Below, in pieces: positions 1 to 9,628 of a stretch of 64,000 bases of DNA. A program made the translations under genes and the position numbers. Positions within the stretch are counted from its first letter, which is position 1; each line of letters opens with the position of its first letter. The notes under the pieces were generated by a model that saw nothing but the letters and a program-made list of their open reading frames with translations, ran no database searches and was not told the origin of the DNA. The DNA lies in the NCBI GenBank assembly GCA_965242725.1, contig CBDESZ010000016.1:128001-192000 (forward strand), given 5' to 3'. The stretch comes from Alkalispirochaeta sp. (GTDB taxonomy: Bacteria; Spirochaetota; Spirochaetia; DSM-27196; Alkalispirochaetaceae).

Positions 1-13
1 CGGAGCGGGGGGC

Positions 14-2194
14 ATGGCGATGGCTCTCGGCATTACGAGGGCCATTCGCACGGCGGTGGCGGCGCACCATTACGCACGACGGTGGCGCACCCTCTCAATT
101 CTGATGGGGTTCTTTCTCGGCTGTTACCTCTGTACCGTTGTGCTTATCCTCTTCGGCCGTTCCGACGTCCTGCTCTTGCTGACGGGAATCGTCTTTCTCT
201 TCGGCGCGGCCTTTGTTCTTCTCGTCGTTCGCCTTGGACTGACCACAATCGAAGATCTCACGGAATCGGAGAAGCGATACCGGGGCCTCTTCAACGAGGT
301 TCCCGTGGGCCTCTATCGGACGACCCCCGCATCGGGCTTCGTCGATGCAAATCCGGCCCTCCTCGAAATGCTCGGCTATACCAGCCTTGAATCGCTTCGC
401 GCAGTCCCGACGGACAGCTTCTACACGGACCCTGCCGAGCGCGCGCGGTGGCGAACCCTCCTTGAAGAGACGGGTACCGTCCGCGATTTTGAAGTGAGTC
501 TCACCCGCGCCGACGGCGAGGTCATCTGGGTCAGGGACAACGCCCGGGCGATCCGCGGCGACGACGGCGTTCAGTTTCAGGGTGCCATAGAGGACGTGAC
601 GGAACGAAAACTCGCGGAAGACGCCCTCCGGGCGGCGAAAACGGCCGCGGAAAACGCAAACCGCGCCAAAAGCATCTTCCTCGCAAACATGAGCCATGAG
701 CTGCGGACGCCTCTCAACGCGATCATCGGATACAGTGAGTTGTTAATGGAGGACGCCGAGGAGCTCGGTCAGGAAGACTTCATTCCCGACCTCAACAAGA
801 TCAAGGTCGCGGGAAAGCACCTCCTTGAGCTGATCAACGCGATACTCGACCTCTCCAAGATCGAGGCGGGGAAGATGCAGCTCCACCTGGACACCTTCAA
901 TATCGCGGAAATGGTGCGGGACGTATGCACCACCGTTGACCCCCTCATGACCAAAAACAGCAACGCCCTCGTCGTGAACTGTCCCGAAGAAATCGGCGCC
1001 ATGCGGAGCGACCTCACCAAGGTGCGACAGGTCCTCTTCAACCTGCTCAGCAATGCGTCGAAATTCACGGAACACGGCACGATCACCGTCGACGTCGAGG
1101 CGGACGACTCCGGCGAAAGGATCATTATTCGCGTCACCGATACGGGGATCGGCATGTCCGAGGAACAGGTGGACCGCGTCTTTGAGGAGTTTGCCCAGGC
1201 GGACAGCTCCACGACGCGGCACTACGGCGGTACCGGCCTCGGCCTCTCCATCAGCCGCCGCTTCTGCCGGCTCATGGACGGAGAACTCTCCGTTTCCAGT
1301 CAGGAGGGCAGCGGTTCAACCTTTACCGTCACCCTGCCGCGAACCTTAACGGATATGAGCGCACCCGCCCAAAGCGCCGAGGGCGGTGCGGAAGGGCGCT
1401 CTCCCGATATTTTTCCCGCCGGAGCAACGTCGGTACTTGTCATTGACGACGACCCGGCGGTGCGGGAACTCATGTCGAGATTCCTTGCAAAGGAAGGTTT
1501 TCAGACGATCGCCGCCGCCGACGGCGCCCAGGGACTGGCGAAGGCGAAGGAGCTCAAGCCCGACATCATCACCCTTGACGTCATGATGCCCGGTATCGAC
1601 GGGTGGTCCGTATTGCGGTCACTGAAGGATGAGGAGGAGACGGCGTCCATTCCGGTGGTCATGCTCACCATCGTGGACGATCAGAACCTCGGCTTTGCCC
1701 TGGGAGCCGCCGACTACCTCTCCAAGCCGATCGACCGCAACAATCTCCTCAAAGTGCTTGGAAAACACTGCTGCACTCCCGAGCGCTGCACCGTGCTTGT
1801 CGTCGACGACGATCCGGAGACGCGGGAAATGCTCCGCCGTACCATGGAGAAGGAGCACTGGACGGTGGCGGAAGCGGTCAACGGCCGGGCAGCTCTCGAG
1901 CTTATCGCCAGGCAGACACCGGAACTGATCGTTCTCGATCTCATGATGCCCGAGATGGACGGTTTTGAGTTTGTGACCCAATTGCGGGCACATGAAAGGT
2001 GGCGTACCATTCCCATAGTGGTGATAACCGCGAAGGAGTTGACCCTGGAGGAACGGGAACAGCTCCGGGGAGAGGTGCAGCGAATCCTCCAGAAGGGCGG
2101 GCACACGAGAGACGATCTGCTCGCGGAACTGCGGACTCTCGTCAAGGCCACGGTGGTAACCGGGTGCGACGAGAACGAATCCGCACAGGGATAA
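14..2194 (+). CDS. Membrane-bound hybrid sensor histidine kinase (PAS, HisKA, HATPase, two REC domains); probably 5'-truncated by the window edge
   Basis: H-box FLANMSHELRTPLN, N-box VLFNLLSNASKFT, G-boxes DTGIGM and GGTGLGL; two receiver domains (LDVMMP, LDLMMP); reading frame is open to the window start. Confidence 0.95.
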   Translation: MAMALGITRAIRTAVAAHHYARRWRTLSILMGFFLGCYLCTVVLILFGRSDVLLLLTGIVFLFGAAFVLLVVRLGLTTIEDLTESEKRYRGLFNEVPVGLYRTTPASGFVDANPALLEMLGYTSLESLRAVPTDSFYTDPAERARWRTLLEETGTVRDFEVSLTRADGEVIWVRDNARAIRGDDGVQFQGAIEDVTERKLAEDALRAAKTAAENANRAKSIFLANMSHELRTPLNAIIGYSELLMEDAEELGQEDFIPDLNKIKVAGKHLLELINAILDLSKIEAGKMQLHLDTFNIAEMVRDVCTTVDPLMTKNSNALVVNCPEEIGAMRSDLTKVRQVLFNLLSNASKFTEHGTITVDVEADDSGERIIIRVTDTGIGMSEEQVDRVFEEFAQADSSTTRHYGGTGLGLSISRRFCRLMDGELSVSSQEGSGSTFTVTLPRTLTDMSAPAQSAEGGAEGRSPDIFPAGATSVLVIDDDPAVRELMSRFLAKEGFQTIAAADGAQGLAKAKELKPDIITLDVMMPGIDGWSVLRSLKDEEETASIPVVMLTIVDDQNLGFALGAADYLSKPIDRNNLLKVLGKHCCTPERCTVLVVDDDPETREMLRRTMEKEHWTVAEAVNGRAALELIARQTPELIVLDLMMPEMDGFEFVTQLRAHERWRTIPIVVITAKELTLEEREQLRGEVQRILQKGGHTRDDLLAELRTLVKATVVTGCDENESAQG

Positions 2195-2200
2195 CGGGAA

Positions 2201-2575
2201 ATGGCCAGGATATTGATCGTAGAAGACAACGAGATGAACCGGGACATGCTCTCCCGGCGCCTTGCCCGGCGGGGTTATGAAATCGAGACCGCCGTCGACG
2301 GCAGCGAGGGCGTCCGCGCCGCCCGGGAGCGACACCCCGACCTCGTGCTCATGGATCTCAGCCTTCCGGTCATGGACGGGTGGGAAGCGATCAGAATTCT
2401 CAAGGGCGACGACGCTTCAAAGGCGATACCGGTGATCGCCCTCACCGCCCACGCGCTGGTAACGGACCGTGAAGAGGCGCTTGCAACGGGAAGCGACGAG
2501 TTCGAGACCAAGCCGGTCGACCTGCCCCGGCTGCTTGAGAAGATCGAACGGCTCCTCGATGGCCGGAGCACGTGA
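2201..2575 (+). CDS. Single-domain response regulator (DivK/CheY-like)
   Basis: ILIVEDN...LMDLSLP...IALTA...KP motifs. Confidence 0.95.
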   Translation: MARILIVEDNEMNRDMLSRRLARRGYEIETAVDGSEGVRAARERHPDLVLMDLSLPVMDGWEAIRILKGDDASKAIPVIALTAHALVTDREEALATGSDEFETKPVDLPRLLEKIERLLDGRST

Positions 2576-3639
2576 TGAATGTCGAACAACCATATTCGAT
2601 CCTCGTCGTCGACGACAACGAGATGAACCGGGACGTCCTCGTGCGACGGTTGTCGCGGCAGGGTTACGCCACGGAAACCGCGGAAGACGGACGCGCCGCG
2701 CTTGACCGCATCGTCGCTGAACCGGGAAAATTCGACCTGATCCTCCTGGACATCATGATGCCCCGCATGACCGGTTTTGAAGTGCTTGAGACGCTCAAGG
2801 ACGACACGGCCCTCCGGCACATTCCGGTCATCATGATCTCCGCAATGACCGACCTGGAAAGCACGGTCCGCTGCATTCAGCTGGGAGCGGAGGATTATCT
2901 CCCCAAACCTTTTGAACCGACGCTGCTGAAGGCGCGCATCGGTGCTTCCCTGGAAAAGAAACGACTCCGCGACGTCGAGCAGGCATACCTGGCACAGCTC
3001 AGTGAGGAACGGGCGCGCTCCGAGCGGCTGCTCCTCAACATTCTTCCCCGGCAGATCGCCGAGCGCCTCAAGGCGGAGGAAGGCACAATCGCCGACTACT
3101 TCCCGGAGGCGTCGGTCCTGTTTGCGGACATTGTCGATTTTACGAGCCTCACATCCGAGGCGGCACCGGAGGAACTGATTCGTGTCCTGAATGAGATATT
3201 CAGCGAATTTGACCGCCTTGCCGTCACTCACGGCCTGGAAAAGATAAAGACCATCGGCGACGCCTATATGGTCGTCGGCGGCATACCCGAGCCCAACCCC
3301 CGGCACATCCACGAGGCGGCGCTGATGGCGCGGGAAATGCAGCGGACCGTCACATCCTACACCGGCTATGCCGGCAGGTCCTTTTCAATACGCGTTGGAA
3401 TGAATGTGGGCCCCGTCATCGCCGGCGTAATCGGAACAAGCAAGTTCATATACGATCTCTGGGGCGACACGGTAAATGTAGCCAGTCGCATGGAAGCGCA
3501 GGGAGTGCCCGGCGAGGTTCAGGTGACCGAAGCGGTACGCAACCGACTGGCCGACCGCTTTCACGTTACGGAACGGGGAAAGCTGTATATCAAGGGCCGG
3601 GGCGAGATGACCGCATTTCTGCTGGGTGAACCGAAATAG
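2572..3639 (+). CDS. REC-domain class III adenylate/guanylate cyclase, likely ATP-specific
   Basis: N-terminal REC domain; FADIVDFT, KIKTIGDAYM, YDLWGDTVNVASRME (Lys/Asp specificity pair of adenylate cyclases). Confidence 0.93.
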   Translation: MMNVEQPYSILVVDDNEMNRDVLVRRLSRQGYATETAEDGRAALDRIVAEPGKFDLILLDIMMPRMTGFEVLETLKDDTALRHIPVIMISAMTDLESTVRCIQLGAEDYLPKPFEPTLLKARIGASLEKKRLRDVEQAYLAQLSEERARSERLLLNILPRQIAERLKAEEGTIADYFPEASVLFADIVDFTSLTSEAAPEELIRVLNEIFSEFDRLAVTHGLEKIKTIGDAYMVVGGIPEPNPRHIHEAALMAREMQRTVTSYTGYAGRSFSIRVGMNVGPVIAGVIGTSKFIYDLWGDTVNVASRMEAQGVPGEVQVTEAVRNRLADRFHVTERGKLYIKGRGEMTAFLLGEPK

Positions 3640-3664
3640 GAGAAGTCCGGCGCGGAGCCCGGCG

Positions 3665-4411
3665 TCACTCCGCCCGGGCGACCACGTAAAGCCGTCCCGG
3701 TTCAATGGAGCCTACCCGGGCTTGTCCCGCCCAGTCACTCCTCATTATCGCGTCTTCAAGCTCCTCCTTCAGAAATCCCCGCCGTATGGAGAGGGCGCCA
3801 TCGTCGGGGGCAAAACTGCGGCGCAGAAACAGAGGCGCCGCGACGCGGTAGGCGGTGTAGGAAAGGCGGGAACGTTGAAGGTCATTGCACAACAGCGTGC
3901 CCGAGCAGAGCCGTCGACTTGTATTGAAAAAGGCAACGAGTTCCTTCGCCGACAGGTGGTGGAGAAAATGGTTGGAAAAGACGTAGTCGTAGGGGGAAGT
4001 GGCATCCGGGAGATCAAGGACGGAGCGCTCCACGACGGACACGGTCGGATAGTCCGCACACGCCCGCCTGGCGAACTCCGCAACCCGGGGATCGGCCTCA
4101 CAACAGTCTACATGCATGACCGCACCGGAGGTGTTCCTGGCCGCGCGGACGAGATATCGGGCGATATCACCTCCGCCTGCGCCCGCATCAAGGAGGCGGA
4201 CACTTCTGAGCCCCCTCCTGCGGATGTCTTCAAGCAAATACTGCTTCAGGAGGTATCGGGATCGGGAGACCAGGCGATTCAACAGCGGAAACTGCCGCAG
4301 TGTCCGCCGCAGGCGCCCGGGATCGCTGTGAAGGTCGTCCATACGTTCGACCGCGTCCAATCTCCCGGCAAGGTCGGGCCACCATGGTATCCGTTCCGGC
4401 GGTCTTGTCAT
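3665..4411 (-). CDS. SAM-dependent methyltransferase of the type commonly paired with type III PKS
   Basis: ERMDD N-terminal motif, LLDAGAGGGD motif I, SNHFLHHL, DGALSIRRGF; overlaps the PKS stop by 4 bp. Confidence 0.88.
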   Translation of the reverse strand: MTRPPERIPWWPDLAGRLDAVERMDDLHSDPGRLRRTLRQFPLLNRLVSRSRYLLKQYLLEDIRRRGLRSVRLLDAGAGGGDIARYLVRAARNTSGAVMHVDCCEADPRVAEFARRACADYPTVSVVERSVLDLPDATSPYDYVFSNHFLHHLSAKELVAFFNTSRRLCSGTLLCNDLQRSRLSYTAYRVAAPLFLRRSFAPDDGALSIRRGFLKEELEDAIMRSDWAGQARVGSIEPGRLYVVARAE

Positions 4412-5535
4412 ACCGCTTCAAGAAGCGCCGATTCCACCGTCAGTCCGGGACCGAAGGCCGCCGCAAAAACGCGTCCACCGTCGCCCCGTTCCAGAATTCG
4501 CCGCAGCACAAAGAAGATCGTCGCCGAGCTCATGTTCCCGTATTCCCGCAGCACCTCATAGGAGTCGGAGAACGCCTCCTGGTGGAGGTCAAGCGCCGCG
4601 GCGGCGCGGTCAAGGATTGCCCTGCCGCCCGGATGAATCGCCCAGGTATCGACGGAACGGCGGTTGTGCCCTGACTTTTCCAGGAGGCCGTCCACGATGT
4701 CACCGATGTTCTTCTGTATGAACTTCGGTACATAGGCGGAGAGGCGCATATCAAAGGCGATGGGACCGATGCGCCACGCCATGTCCGACTCACTGCCGTC
4801 GATGACACGCCCGGCGTAGTCGATCAACCTGAGGCCCCGTGCGCCGTCCCTCCGGTGGTCGGGAAGACCCGCCGGTCCCGTCATCAGTGCGGCCGAGACG
4901 CCGTCGGCAAAGAGGGCGTTTGCCACCATCATGTCCGTCTCCGCCTTCAGCTGCAGATGGAGCGAACAGAGCTCGGCATTTACAATGAGCACCCTGGCTC
5001 CGGGATCTGCGGTGCAGATACTGTGTCCGAGTTTGAGAGCGGGAAAGGCGGCATAACAGCCCATAAATCCGATATGAAAGCGGTGTACCGTCGGTGCAAG
5101 GGGAATTTGACGCATGATGTCAAAGTCGAACCCCAGCGCCGAAAACCCTGTGCAACTGACGGTAATGAGATGGGTGATATCCTCTGGGTCCATATCCTCC
5201 CGTCGGCGCAGGAGCGTCCGGACCGCCTCGAGTGAAAGAGTGCGGGCGTGGGTGATAAACAGATCATTCCGCTGTTCCAGCCCCGGTTCGGGCTCAAATT
5301 CGGCATTTGGTGCGTAAAAGGTGTGTTCTTCGGGCGGGCGGTGGTAGTCATCCACCACGGTGTGTCTCTTTTCGATTGCAGTACCTTCGTAAATGCGATT
5401 CAAAAAGCGTTTCTGCGCATCGGTATACCGGGAGAGGCCGGTGACAAACTGCCGCGCTTCTTCCTGTGTATAGGATTGGGACGGAACCGCGGTGGCAATA
5501 TCAGTAATGAATACCGGCGAGTTCGAGTTTGACAT
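4408..5535 (-). CDS. Type III polyketide synthase (chalcone synthase-like)
   Basis: Cys-His-Asn triad in GFMGCYAA, WAIHPGG and YGNMSS; ALFADG; FGPGLTVE. Confidence 0.96.
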   Translation of the reverse strand: MSNSNSPVFITDIATAVPSQSYTQEEARQFVTGLSRYTDAQKRFLNRIYEGTAIEKRHTVVDDYHRPPEEHTFYAPNAEFEPEPGLEQRNDLFITHARTLSLEAVRTLLRRREDMDPEDITHLITVSCTGFSALGFDFDIMRQIPLAPTVHRFHIGFMGCYAAFPALKLGHSICTADPGARVLIVNAELCSLHLQLKAETDMMVANALFADGVSAALMTGPAGLPDHRRDGARGLRLIDYAGRVIDGSESDMAWRIGPIAFDMRLSAYVPKFIQKNIGDIVDGLLEKSGHNRRSVDTWAIHPGGRAILDRAAAALDLHQEAFSDSYEVLREYGNMSSATIFFVLRRILERGDGGRVFAAAFGPGLTVESALLEAV

Positions 5536-5576
5536 GAAAAAAAAGTAACGGTAACTTCACCGCGAGTACAGCAGGA

Positions 5577-6407
5577 ATGGACCGGAACAGCTACAGACTC
5601 TCCGATCAAAGTGCCCGCGAAATCCTTGGTCATCCGGAGACAAAACGGGAGTATAACCGCCGCCTCTTTTCCACCGTAGCCCCCCGGTACTATCTGGCGA
5701 CACGACTGCTCTCCTTCGGTCGCGACCAGGCGTGGAAACGGACGCTCGTCGGGATGTGCGCCGAAGCCCTGCCGGCACAACCGCGCCGGATACTCGATAT
5801 CGCCTGCGGGACCGGAGATCTCACCCTCGCCCTTTCCTCCCGCTTTCCCGAAACAGAAGTGGTCGGGGTCGATTTGAATCCCCATATGCTCGCAGAAGCG
5901 CGACGCCGACGGGAATCGGCACCGCAGTCGGACGGCTTGGTGCACTTCATGGAAGGAGACATGACGACCCTCCCGTTCCCGGACGGGTCATTTGACCTTG
6001 TCACCGGCGGGTATGCACTGCGGAATGCCCCGGACCTCGCTGCCGCTCTCGGTGAAATACGACGCGTTCTGGTCCCGCAGGGTGTTCTGGGAATACTCGA
6101 TTTTTCCCGCTCTCCCCGCCCCGCCGTGGCGGCCCTGTCGCGCGCCCTTCTTTCTTTTTGGGGAAACCTCTGGGGTATCGTCCTCCACGGTGACGGAGGC
6201 GTATATGGATACATCGCCCGCAGTCTCGCCCACTTTCCCGACAGGAAGTCCCTGGCACGACTTCTCTCCCGCGCAGGTTTTCCCCGGCTGACCAGAAAGC
6301 TCCGCATGTTCGGCATGCTTGAGGTCATCGTCGCGACCGAAGATCACCGCCTACCTACGGGCCCACCGACGCCCTCCGACAGGCCCTCCATCGGGCCCCG
6401 CGAGTGA
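5577..6407 (+). CDS. UbiE/MenG/COQ5-family C-methyltransferase
   Basis: FSTVAPRY...LSFGRDQAWKR, ILDIACGTGD, LPFPDGSFDLVTGGYALRN. Confidence 0.88.
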   Translation: MDRNSYRLSDQSAREILGHPETKREYNRRLFSTVAPRYYLATRLLSFGRDQAWKRTLVGMCAEALPAQPRRILDIACGTGDLTLALSSRFPETEVVGVDLNPHMLAEARRRRESAPQSDGLVHFMEGDMTTLPFPDGSFDLVTGGYALRNAPDLAAALGEIRRVLVPQGVLGILDFSRSPRPAVAALSRALLSFWGNLWGIVLHGDGGVYGYIARSLAHFPDRKSLARLLSRAGFPRLTRKLRMFGMLEVIVATEDHRLPTGPPTPSDRPSIGPRE

Positions 6408-7711
6408 AGACTCCGCCGGAAGGGAATGGTCCGCATCGTGAAGTGGGAGGCGAGAAATCCCGCCGCTGCCGACCGAAGCAGCACCGCGATGACGATACTC
6501 CGGAGGGCCGACGGAAAGCGCCCCCGCAATGAACCGATGCGGGTCCCCAGGGCGGCGCGTCGCGCCGCGGCGCGACCGGAACGCATACGGGCACTCCGGT
6601 AGACCCGGTGTATCTCTTGTAACTCGAGCGGGCGGACCGATCCGGCGTCGCCCCCCTTTGCACGCCATTCCCGGACCAACAGGTCCGCCAACAGCTCCGC
6701 ATCGGCAAGACCGCTGTTCATACCCTGCCCGCCGATGGGTGACATCGTGTGGAGTGCGTCACCAACGAGAAAGCAGCGACCGATCCCGGCACGACGGGCA
6801 ATGCGGGTTACCGGTATGAATGAACTCGTCCAGGTGAACTTTTCGCTTATGAGCGCATAGCCCGTACGTTCCTGTACATGCTGCCGCAATAGGTCCCCGA
6901 TACGGCTTGTATCCGGCGTGCCTTCGGGTCGCCCGTCCGATAGCCCGACTGATCGCTGCCTCTCGGGAGGTCGGAATCGGCCGGGAAGCTGGGCGATCCA
7001 CCGTCGCCTGCCGTGGGTGAGCGGAAAGGATTCCACCGCTCCCCGGGGAGTAAACCAGAGGTGTGCATCGTTACCGAAACCGCTGTGATCGACGGTGTCC
7101 CCCATGATGAAGCGGTAGGGCATGTAACGGGGAACCCCGGCGACACCCGCATGTCGGGCGCCCTGCCCGTGAAAGCCGTCGGCCCAGACTATCCAGGATG
7201 CGTTGAGGACCCGTTCTTCTTCGCCGGAACGGCCGGAACCCAACGCCCCGGACGCATCCGCCCGGCGCAGGAGAACTCCCGGCGCGTCACTATTCCGCTC
7301 GCCGAGGCATGCCGGACGATCACCCGTCATCCCAACCACCTCCGTACCCTCCAGAACGGGCACGCCCAGCGCGGCCAGACGGCGGCGCAGCAGATCTTCT
7401 GTTTCTACCTGAGGCATCACCAGCACATAGGGGTGACTGCCGGAAATACCGGAGAAATGAAGTTGTCCGAGAGATCTGTACCCATCGTGGACGAAGGCCC
7501 TTCTCACCGGAAGACCCCGCTCCACCATGGAGCGTCCCAGACCGATTCGATCAAGGATCTCCAGCGACGCCGGCATGACGCCGATCGCCCGGGACCCTTC
7601 CCGCGGTCCCGACCGCCGTTCCACCACAACGGTATCCAGCCCGCCCGCGGCGCACAGCGCCGCAACGGTCATCCCGACGGGTCCGGCGCCGACCACTACC
7701 AGTTCGTGCAT
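6344..7711 (-). CDS. FAD-dependent monooxygenase (PHBH/UbiH-like aromatic hydroxylase family)
   Basis: VVGAGPVG, WADG and LVGDALHTMSPIGGQGMNSGLADA fingerprints. Confidence 0.92.
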   Translation of the reverse strand: MHELVVVGAGPVGMTVAALCAAGGLDTVVVERRSGPREGSRAIGVMPASLEILDRIGLGRSMVERGLPVRRAFVHDGYRSLGQLHFSGISGSHPYVLVMPQVETEDLLRRRLAALGVPVLEGTEVVGMTGDRPACLGERNSDAPGVLLRRADASGALGSGRSGEEERVLNASWIVWADGFHGQGARHAGVAGVPRYMPYRFIMGDTVDHSGFGNDAHLWFTPRGAVESFPLTHGRRRWIAQLPGRFRPPERQRSVGLSDGRPEGTPDTSRIGDLLRQHVQERTGYALISEKFTWTSSFIPVTRIARRAGIGRCFLVGDALHTMSPIGGQGMNSGLADAELLADLLVREWRAKGGDAGSVRPLELQEIHRVYRSARMRSGRAAARRAALGTRIGSLRGRFPSALRSIVIAVLLRSAAAGFLASHFTMRTIPFRRSLHSRGPMEGLSEGVGGPVGRR

Positions 7712-7754
7712 GTACTCAGTTTAATCTTCAGGGAGAAACGGACAAGGTAAAAAC

Positions 7755-8687
7755 CTACTCCAGCACCATCACCCTGTTTTTACCGGCGGCTTTGGCGTGG
7801 TACATCGCCGTATCGGCACGGTTGACGATCTGTTCCCACGAGTTGGTTTCATCGTCGGTGGGCAGGGTTTCACTCCACTCCTCAGCCTCCACGCCGCCGC
7901 TGACGGTGAGGCGGATGACTTTGCCGGGAGAGACGGGAATGCTGAGTGCCTCGATTGCGGCCCGGCATTTCTCGGCGACCTTGAGCGTCTGATTACGATC
8001 CACTTCCGGACAGAGAACGAGAAACTCCTCACCCCCCCAGCGGCCGCACACATCGGTCGTCCTGAGGACGGAGCGAAGCGTTTCCGCCACGGCGATGAGG
8101 GCGTTATCTCCGGCCTTATGTCCGAAACTGTCGTTGATACTCTTGAATCGATCGATATCGAATACGATGATCCCGTAGGACCGCTTGTTCCGGGCACACC
8201 GGGCGGATTCAATGGTAATGCGCTCAACCATATCCCGGCGGTTCGGCAGATCCGTGAGGGTGTCGGTCCGGGCCATTCGTGCCAGCTGCAGCGTGGTCTC
8301 CCGCAACTGCGCCTGATATCCGTCACTGATGGACATGATCTTGTCGAGCTGCTTCTGGAGACGGAGATAATTCTTTGCAAGCGTCGCGACATCCTTGTCC
8401 AGATGGCGCTTCAGACGTTCCGCGAGCGAAACGGCGAGGCTGGACTTTGTCTGTGGCGACCCCTTCGTGCTGCCCTGGGCGGGAACAATCGTCGGTTGTT
8501 CCACCGTTCGGATCAGTGCGTGGTACTTGTCGCTGATATCGAGAATTTTGGAAAAGCGCGAGGAAATCCTGATATACGTTTCCGCCAGATCACGAAACTC
8601 CGCGACGGAAACCGTTTCATCGGTCCCCTGCCCGGACAACTCGGACAGCCGTACCCTGAGATTCTCGATGCGCTCGTCGTCGTTCAC
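7755..8687 (-). CDS. siaD: SiaD-like diguanylate cyclase
   Basis: GGEEF motif, RxxD I-site (RTTD), repeated KIxxISDxY coiled-coil motif; last gene of a siaABC operon. Confidence 0.88.
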   Translation of the reverse strand: MNDDERIENLRVRLSELSGQGTDETVSVAEFRDLAETYIRISSRFSKILDISDKYHALIRTVEQPTIVPAQGSTKGSPQTKSSLAVSLAERLKRHLDKDVATLAKNYLRLQKQLDKIMSISDGYQAQLRETTLQLARMARTDTLTDLPNRRDMVERITIESARCARNKRSYGIIVFDIDRFKSINDSFGHKAGDNALIAVAETLRSVLRTTDVCGRWGGEEFLVLCPEVDRNQTLKVAEKCRAAIEALSIPVSPGKVIRLTVSGGVEAEEWSETLPTDDETNSWEQIVNRADTAMYHAKAAGKNRVMVLE

Positions 8688-9073
8688 GAGTACGCTTCTT
8701 CCGGAGTCACCGGAACCGTTTCAAAGGGAATTTCAAGATCCTCAAGAAACTCCTCGGCCAGCTCGAGAGCGCGTTCATTCTCCCGGTCATAGAGCCAGCG
8801 CACACGGACCGTTCCGCCCGCTTCGGCGCGTTCACTCACCACATCAAGAATGTCGAGCATGCATTTGGTGCTGCTTGAATTCATATACCGGATATTGATC
8901 TCCAGAATAAAGGAGTCAATCCTGGGCAGTTCCGTCTGAAGCCACTCAAAAACGGGTTCGTAAAACTCAAAGGAGTTCTCCGGATAGGATTCACCGGTAA
9001 TTGTCAAAATATGTAGTTTCTCATCGTATGTGACGGTGGGACTCGATGTCGTCCCTTCAATTAAAAGCATCAC
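8684..9073 (-). CDS. siaC: SiaC-family phosphoprotein (DUF1987)
   Basis: ITGESYPENSFEFY, YMNSSSTK, VRWLYD. Confidence 0.9.
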   Translation of the reverse strand: MMLLIEGTTSSPTVTYDEKLHILTITGESYPENSFEFYEPVFEWLQTELPRIDSFILEINIRYMNSSSTKCMLDILDVVSERAEAGGTVRVRWLYDRENERALELAEEFLEDLEIPFETVPVTPEEAYS

Positions 9074-9615
9074 GATTCTCCTGCCACCGACACTTCAAGT
9101 ATGAAGTAGTCATATTCATCATCCACGGCGTCAAAGTGGTACTCCATAGGCGCCGTTGCGCGGCGGGCAATGTCCAGGAGCCCCAGACCGGCACCGGTAG
9201 CCTCCGGTGGATGGTCACGCCGGAGCTGCTCCTTGTATGCCTTCCGCAGTCCCTTCTTGTCCAGTCCGCTCAACGTGTCCAGCCTGGACTTCAGATCGGG
9301 AACATCACTTTTCAATATATAGTTGCCCGCTGAAACGGTGTAGCGTTTATCTTCATAACCGATGACAACGATCGCCGCGTCCTTTCCTCGTTTCTTCAGC
9401 TCTCTGCGAACCGAGTAGTTCCGGACATTCTGCGTCTGTTCGACATAGACGGCAAAAACGTCGATGACCTGCTGGGGGGCGATCTTTTCCGCCTGCAGGT
9501 ACGTCTTTGCCGCGTTTCCAAGCTCTTCAATGAGACTGTGCGTGAAAGCACCGTTGAAGGCGATGAGAATTCCCTGTCGATCAAAAATGGTACGGAGCTG
9601 TGCGATATCCTTCAC
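9070..9615 (-). CDS. siaB: SiaB-family protein kinase
   Basis: AFNGAFTHSLIEELG, VYVEQTQNV, GAGLGLLDIAR; GTG start chosen after an AGGA RBS. Confidence 0.88.
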   Translation of the reverse strand: MKDIAQLRTIFDRQGILIAFNGAFTHSLIEELGNAAKTYLQAEKIAPQQVIDVFAVYVEQTQNVRNYSVRRELKKRGKDAAIVVIGYEDKRYTVSAGNYILKSDVPDLKSRLDTLSGLDKKGLRKAYKEQLRRDHPPEATGAGLGLLDIARRATAPMEYHFDAVDDEYDYFILEVSVAGES

Positions 9616-9628
9616 AATTTCCTGCCTT

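Noticed and set aside
7755..8687. Internal duplication of the KIxxISDxY motif in the diguanylate cyclase as a novelty
   Set aside because: To my knowledge a doubled ISD coiled-coil motif is a normal feature of SiaD-type N-termini.
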